Shown here piece by piece: positions 60,624 to 64,000 of a stretch of 64,000 bases of DNA (position 1 is its first letter; each line of letters opens with the position of its first letter). The translations under genes and the position numbers were made by a program. Under the pieces are notes generated by a model. The model had not been told where the DNA came from. It ran no database searches and was given only the letters and a program-made list of their open reading frames with translations. The DNA comes from Klebsormidium nitens (lineage: Eukaryota; Plantae; Klebsormidiophyceae), in the NCBI GenBank assembly GCA_000708835.1, contig DF236992.1, positions 142,513 through 206,512 on the forward strand, written 5' to 3'.

Positions 60624-63600
60624 ATGCAGAACCTTACCAGCAAAATGAAGACAGGCTTCAGCAAGTTGAAAGCAAAGTTCACTCATTCAAGTCACGACAA
60701 CACTGATACCACCATGGAAACATCAGGCCAGTCAACCCCTACTGGTGAGTTATGCAATTCAACCTTACCAACCAACGAGCCAGGGAAGGGACACACGTCT
60801 ATTGTTTGGCAGATCAAGGAAGGGCAAACGCGTTGGTCTTCAAAATCGTTGCATGCAAGTGTTGGTGTGGCTTATTATGGGGTTTCTGCATTTGTACCCT
60901 GCTCTCAAAGTATCTAATCATTGATGATCTAGGAGAGGCAATGCAAATTAAACTCGCAAGTCTGAGGTTTGTCAGCCAAATCTCCTATTGCACTTTTGAA
61001 ACTTGTCGATCCCTGTTTCCTGCAGGAACAGAGGTTCTTGGCAGCAGGACTGTTCCAGGGACTGAACAGTCGCTCCCTGAGTACTCCACGAAGATGCCGA
61101 CTTCTACTCCTATGGTGGCCACCGGGCACACGGGGAGCACCTACTCAGGAGGTGAGGAGCTTTTGGCTCTACCCTTGCGCAAAGAGGTGCAAGCTGCAAA
61201 AGCTTTGGAGTCAAGTTTCGACAACCTGTAATGTCTACCATCATGAGATTTTCTACACAATGGATATGCACACAAGCTTAACAAAAGAGGTACTGTGGCA
61301 TGATAAGCATTTGAACTTGCTTTCACATCTTTCATTGTACGGTCATCAAGACCTTTTTCCATACCTGTTGAAAGCTCTGCGTCACACTTCTTTGCAGTGC
61401 ATCATCATGATTATAATGCCTTCTTTTGCAGCTGGAGGCCTTGGCACCACCCCCCCAATTGTGAACAGCAGGGAGCAGGTCTCCACTGTGTCCACGCCAT
61501 CTGCCACTGGCTACTCCACTGGCACCGCTCAGGCTGCTCCTTTCTACGGGCAGTCTGACTCGAGTGCCTTTGGAACTGTCGGTTCTGTGGACAAGGCCAA
61601 GGATGTCTCAGATTTGACAGCAGCTCGTGCGACTGGAGGACACTTTGCTGGTGAGTTGTGCTTATCTGCACTCCTTTCAAGTACGGGCCTCGATTATCAT
61701 CAGTGCTGCATTCCACAGTTTCATTGATACACTTGAAGGCTTTGTTCCAAACCACTTGCTGCTCGAAAGTTTGTGTTCCTTGTGATGATTTTTTGCTGAG
61801 ATTCCTTGCTGGTTTGCTTGTTGTTTCACCTTGTCCTTATGAGAATACTTGATTCTCCTACCAGGTGGTATGACCTCAGGACAATCTGTGTTTGAGAAGA
61901 ACACGCTCGGTGCTGGATACGGTGGTCCTGCAACTGGTGAGTGCCAAGGCAGATCCTCATTCCTCGGAATGCTAAAAACGGGACATGAGATTCTGGTTTC
62001 TGGAGTAAACCTCTTTCTTCTTTGGAATTGCGTGCGACATCACCTGATCAAAAAGGTGGTTTGCCTGAATTGTTAGACTGAAGGAGCTGGAACACTTGTT
62101 CATGTTGAATATGTTTGTCTTTTGAGCATTCTCCATCCGAGTTGATAGTCAGTTGCCTTCGTGTTATTTTTAGAACCTGTCCGAGTTGATAGTCAGCTGC
62201 CTCTGCGTTACTTTTGAAACACATGGTTTCGATTCGTTCACGTCACTTTTCTTAGTTCTTGTACTTCTCTGAAGTGCGGGATGGAAATCTAATGAACTGC
62301 TGCTTTTGGAGCAGGCGGCGCTCATTCCAACGATTCCGTCTTCGAGAAGTCCCTATACAGCAAGGATGAGTCAGGTAAGGAGGAAGTTGTGTCTATTCAA
62401 TTGTATGTACTGTAGCATGTATAGAATTTGATCGTGCTAAGACAGGTTTGAAATCCATTTAGCATCTACTGTGCTAATCTCGAATTTCCACCTAGGCTGT
62501 TAGGTGTTTCCAGATTGCTTCAATGTATCCATGCTAAGTCCTGCGGCAAGCGTTGAAAATTCTGATGCCCCTAGCACTTTCTCTGCCTCGACAGTAATTC
62601 GTTTTTCATCTGCAACGCTTTCTGAAATCCTCTGTAACGCTTTTGCTTTTTGTATTTTGTTGGTCTACTTCGTTCAGATTTTCTTCCATCGATTGGAAAC
62701 AGTTTCCAGATGTTAACACTGGTTCTTTTCCAGTCCTTGCAGCCCCGAGGACTGCTGCCGACAGCTATTCCTCTGGATCCAGCTCCGCCTACAACAAAAC
62801 CGCAGACACTGCTTCTGACCTGAGCTATCAGGCCCGCGACACGGCGGCTGCCACTTACGATCGTTCTGCTCAAGCCGCCTCCGACTCCTACCAGAAGGCT
62901 GCTGACACCGCCTCTGATGTCAGCGCGCGCGCCGGCGAGACTGCATCCACTGCCTACAACAAGACTGCCCAGGCCGCTTCGGACACTGGGGCGTACGCTT
63001 CGGACACCACCAAGTCTGCGTACAACAAAACCGCCCAGGCTGCGTCCGAAACCGGGGCGTACGCTTCGGACACCACCAAGTCTGCATACGACAAAACCGC
63101 CCAGGCTGCGTCCGACACCGGGGCGTACGCTCAAGACACCGCCAGAACGGCTTACGACAAGACCGCCCAGGCTGCGTCCGAAACCGGGGCGTATGCTTCC
63201 GACACCGCCAAGTCTGCTTACGACAAGACCGCCCAGGCTGCTTCCGACACCGCCGCCTACACGTCAGACACCGCCAAGTCTGCTTACGACAAAACCGCCC
63301 AGACTGCGTCGGACACCGGGGCGTACGCTCAGGACACCGCCAAGTCTGCTTACGACAAGACCGCCCAGGTTGCTTCGGACACTGGGGCGTACGCGTCAGA
63401 CACCGCCAGGTCTGCTTACGACAAGAGCGCCCAGGTCGCTTCCGACACTGGGGCGTATGCTCAGGACACTGCCATGTCTGCTTATGACAAGACCGCCCAG
63501 GTCGCTTCCGACACGGCTGCTTACACCTCGGACGTTGCCAAGTCTGCTTACGACAAGACCGCCCAGGTCGCTTCGGACGCTGGGGCTTACACTGCCGACA

Positions 63601-64000
63601 CGGCGCGGGCCGCTTACGACAAGACCGCCCAGGCTGCTTCCGACGCCGCTGCCTACGCCTCCGACACTTCCCGGGCAACTTACGACCGGGCGGCGGAGAC
63701 GGCGGAGCCGTACAAGCAGAGCGCGGTGGATTCGCTGAACCAGACCAAGGAGACGGCCATTGACAAGACGGAGCAGACCACCGGGGCGTCCGACCTGCGG
63801 AGCGAGCAGAAGCCTCTGACGACCAAGGCGTACGAAGTCGTGACTGGGGCGGCGGGCGCGGTTGCCGGCGCTGCTGCAGCCACTGCGGAAGCCGCCGGGA
63901 ACGCTGCCTCGTCTGTTGCTGCGCGCGCCCAGCCTCATGTGGAGGCGGCGAAGGAGTCGGCGATTGACACGACGGAGCAGACCACCGGAGCCTCGGACCT
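60624..64000 (+). CDS. LEA-like (group 3-type, 11/22-mer repeat) hydrophilic protein; 3' end lies beyond the window
   Basis: Exons 60624-60744, 61026-61151, 61432-61650, 61865-61936, 62315-62374, 62743 to beyond 64000; all junctions are phase 1 GT-AG. The last exon is stop-free and rich in A/T/S/D/K. The start may instead be ATG 60645 or an upstream exon, because 60624-60629 overlaps an acceptor-like tgcatgcag. Confidence 0.8.
62951..63690 (+). repeat. 66-bp coding tandem repeat (22 aa, AYDKTAQAASDTGAYASDTAKS), 11 full copies plus a partial one
   Basis: Units begin at 62951, 63017, 63083, 63149, 63215, 63281, 63347, 63413, 63479, 63545, 63611 and 63677 (partial). Confidence 0.95.

Noticed and set aside
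62571-63938. Long alternative-frame and antisense ORFs (e.g. Cys/Arg-rich 62920-63678, 62917-63738, 63396-63938)
   Set aside because: These are shadows of the GC-rich 66-bp LEA repeat. The real frame is the stop-free spliced one starting at 62743.

Overview
Eukaryotic, intron-rich nuclear DNA with canonical GT-AG introns and GC-rich exons. The gene content (Phi-class GST, chloroplast-type APX, KDTA, LEA) and compact spacing suggest a streptophyte alga such as Klebsormidium; this is an inference. All gene models were spliced by hand from the sequence. From left to right: a long S/P/R-rich orphan terminal exon (-); a Phi glutathione S-transferase that splices in frame into an ascorbate peroxidase (-, predicted 516-aa GSTF-APX fusion, the top finding); an inverted pseudogenic copy of the RTEL1 3' end; Kdo transferase KDTA (+) followed by a decayed partial copy; a secreted AGP-like/acetamidase-formamidase chimera (+); exosome subunit RRP43 (-) head-to-head with helicase RTEL1 (+); an unknown secreted protein with a Pro/Thr linker and 6-Cys C-terminal module (-); a 528-bp hAT-type MITE; tRNA-Ser(AGA) (-); and a LEA-like 22-mer repeat protein (+) that runs off the window. 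Many introns, especially in RTEL1, carry tandem decaying copies of their own splice junctions.
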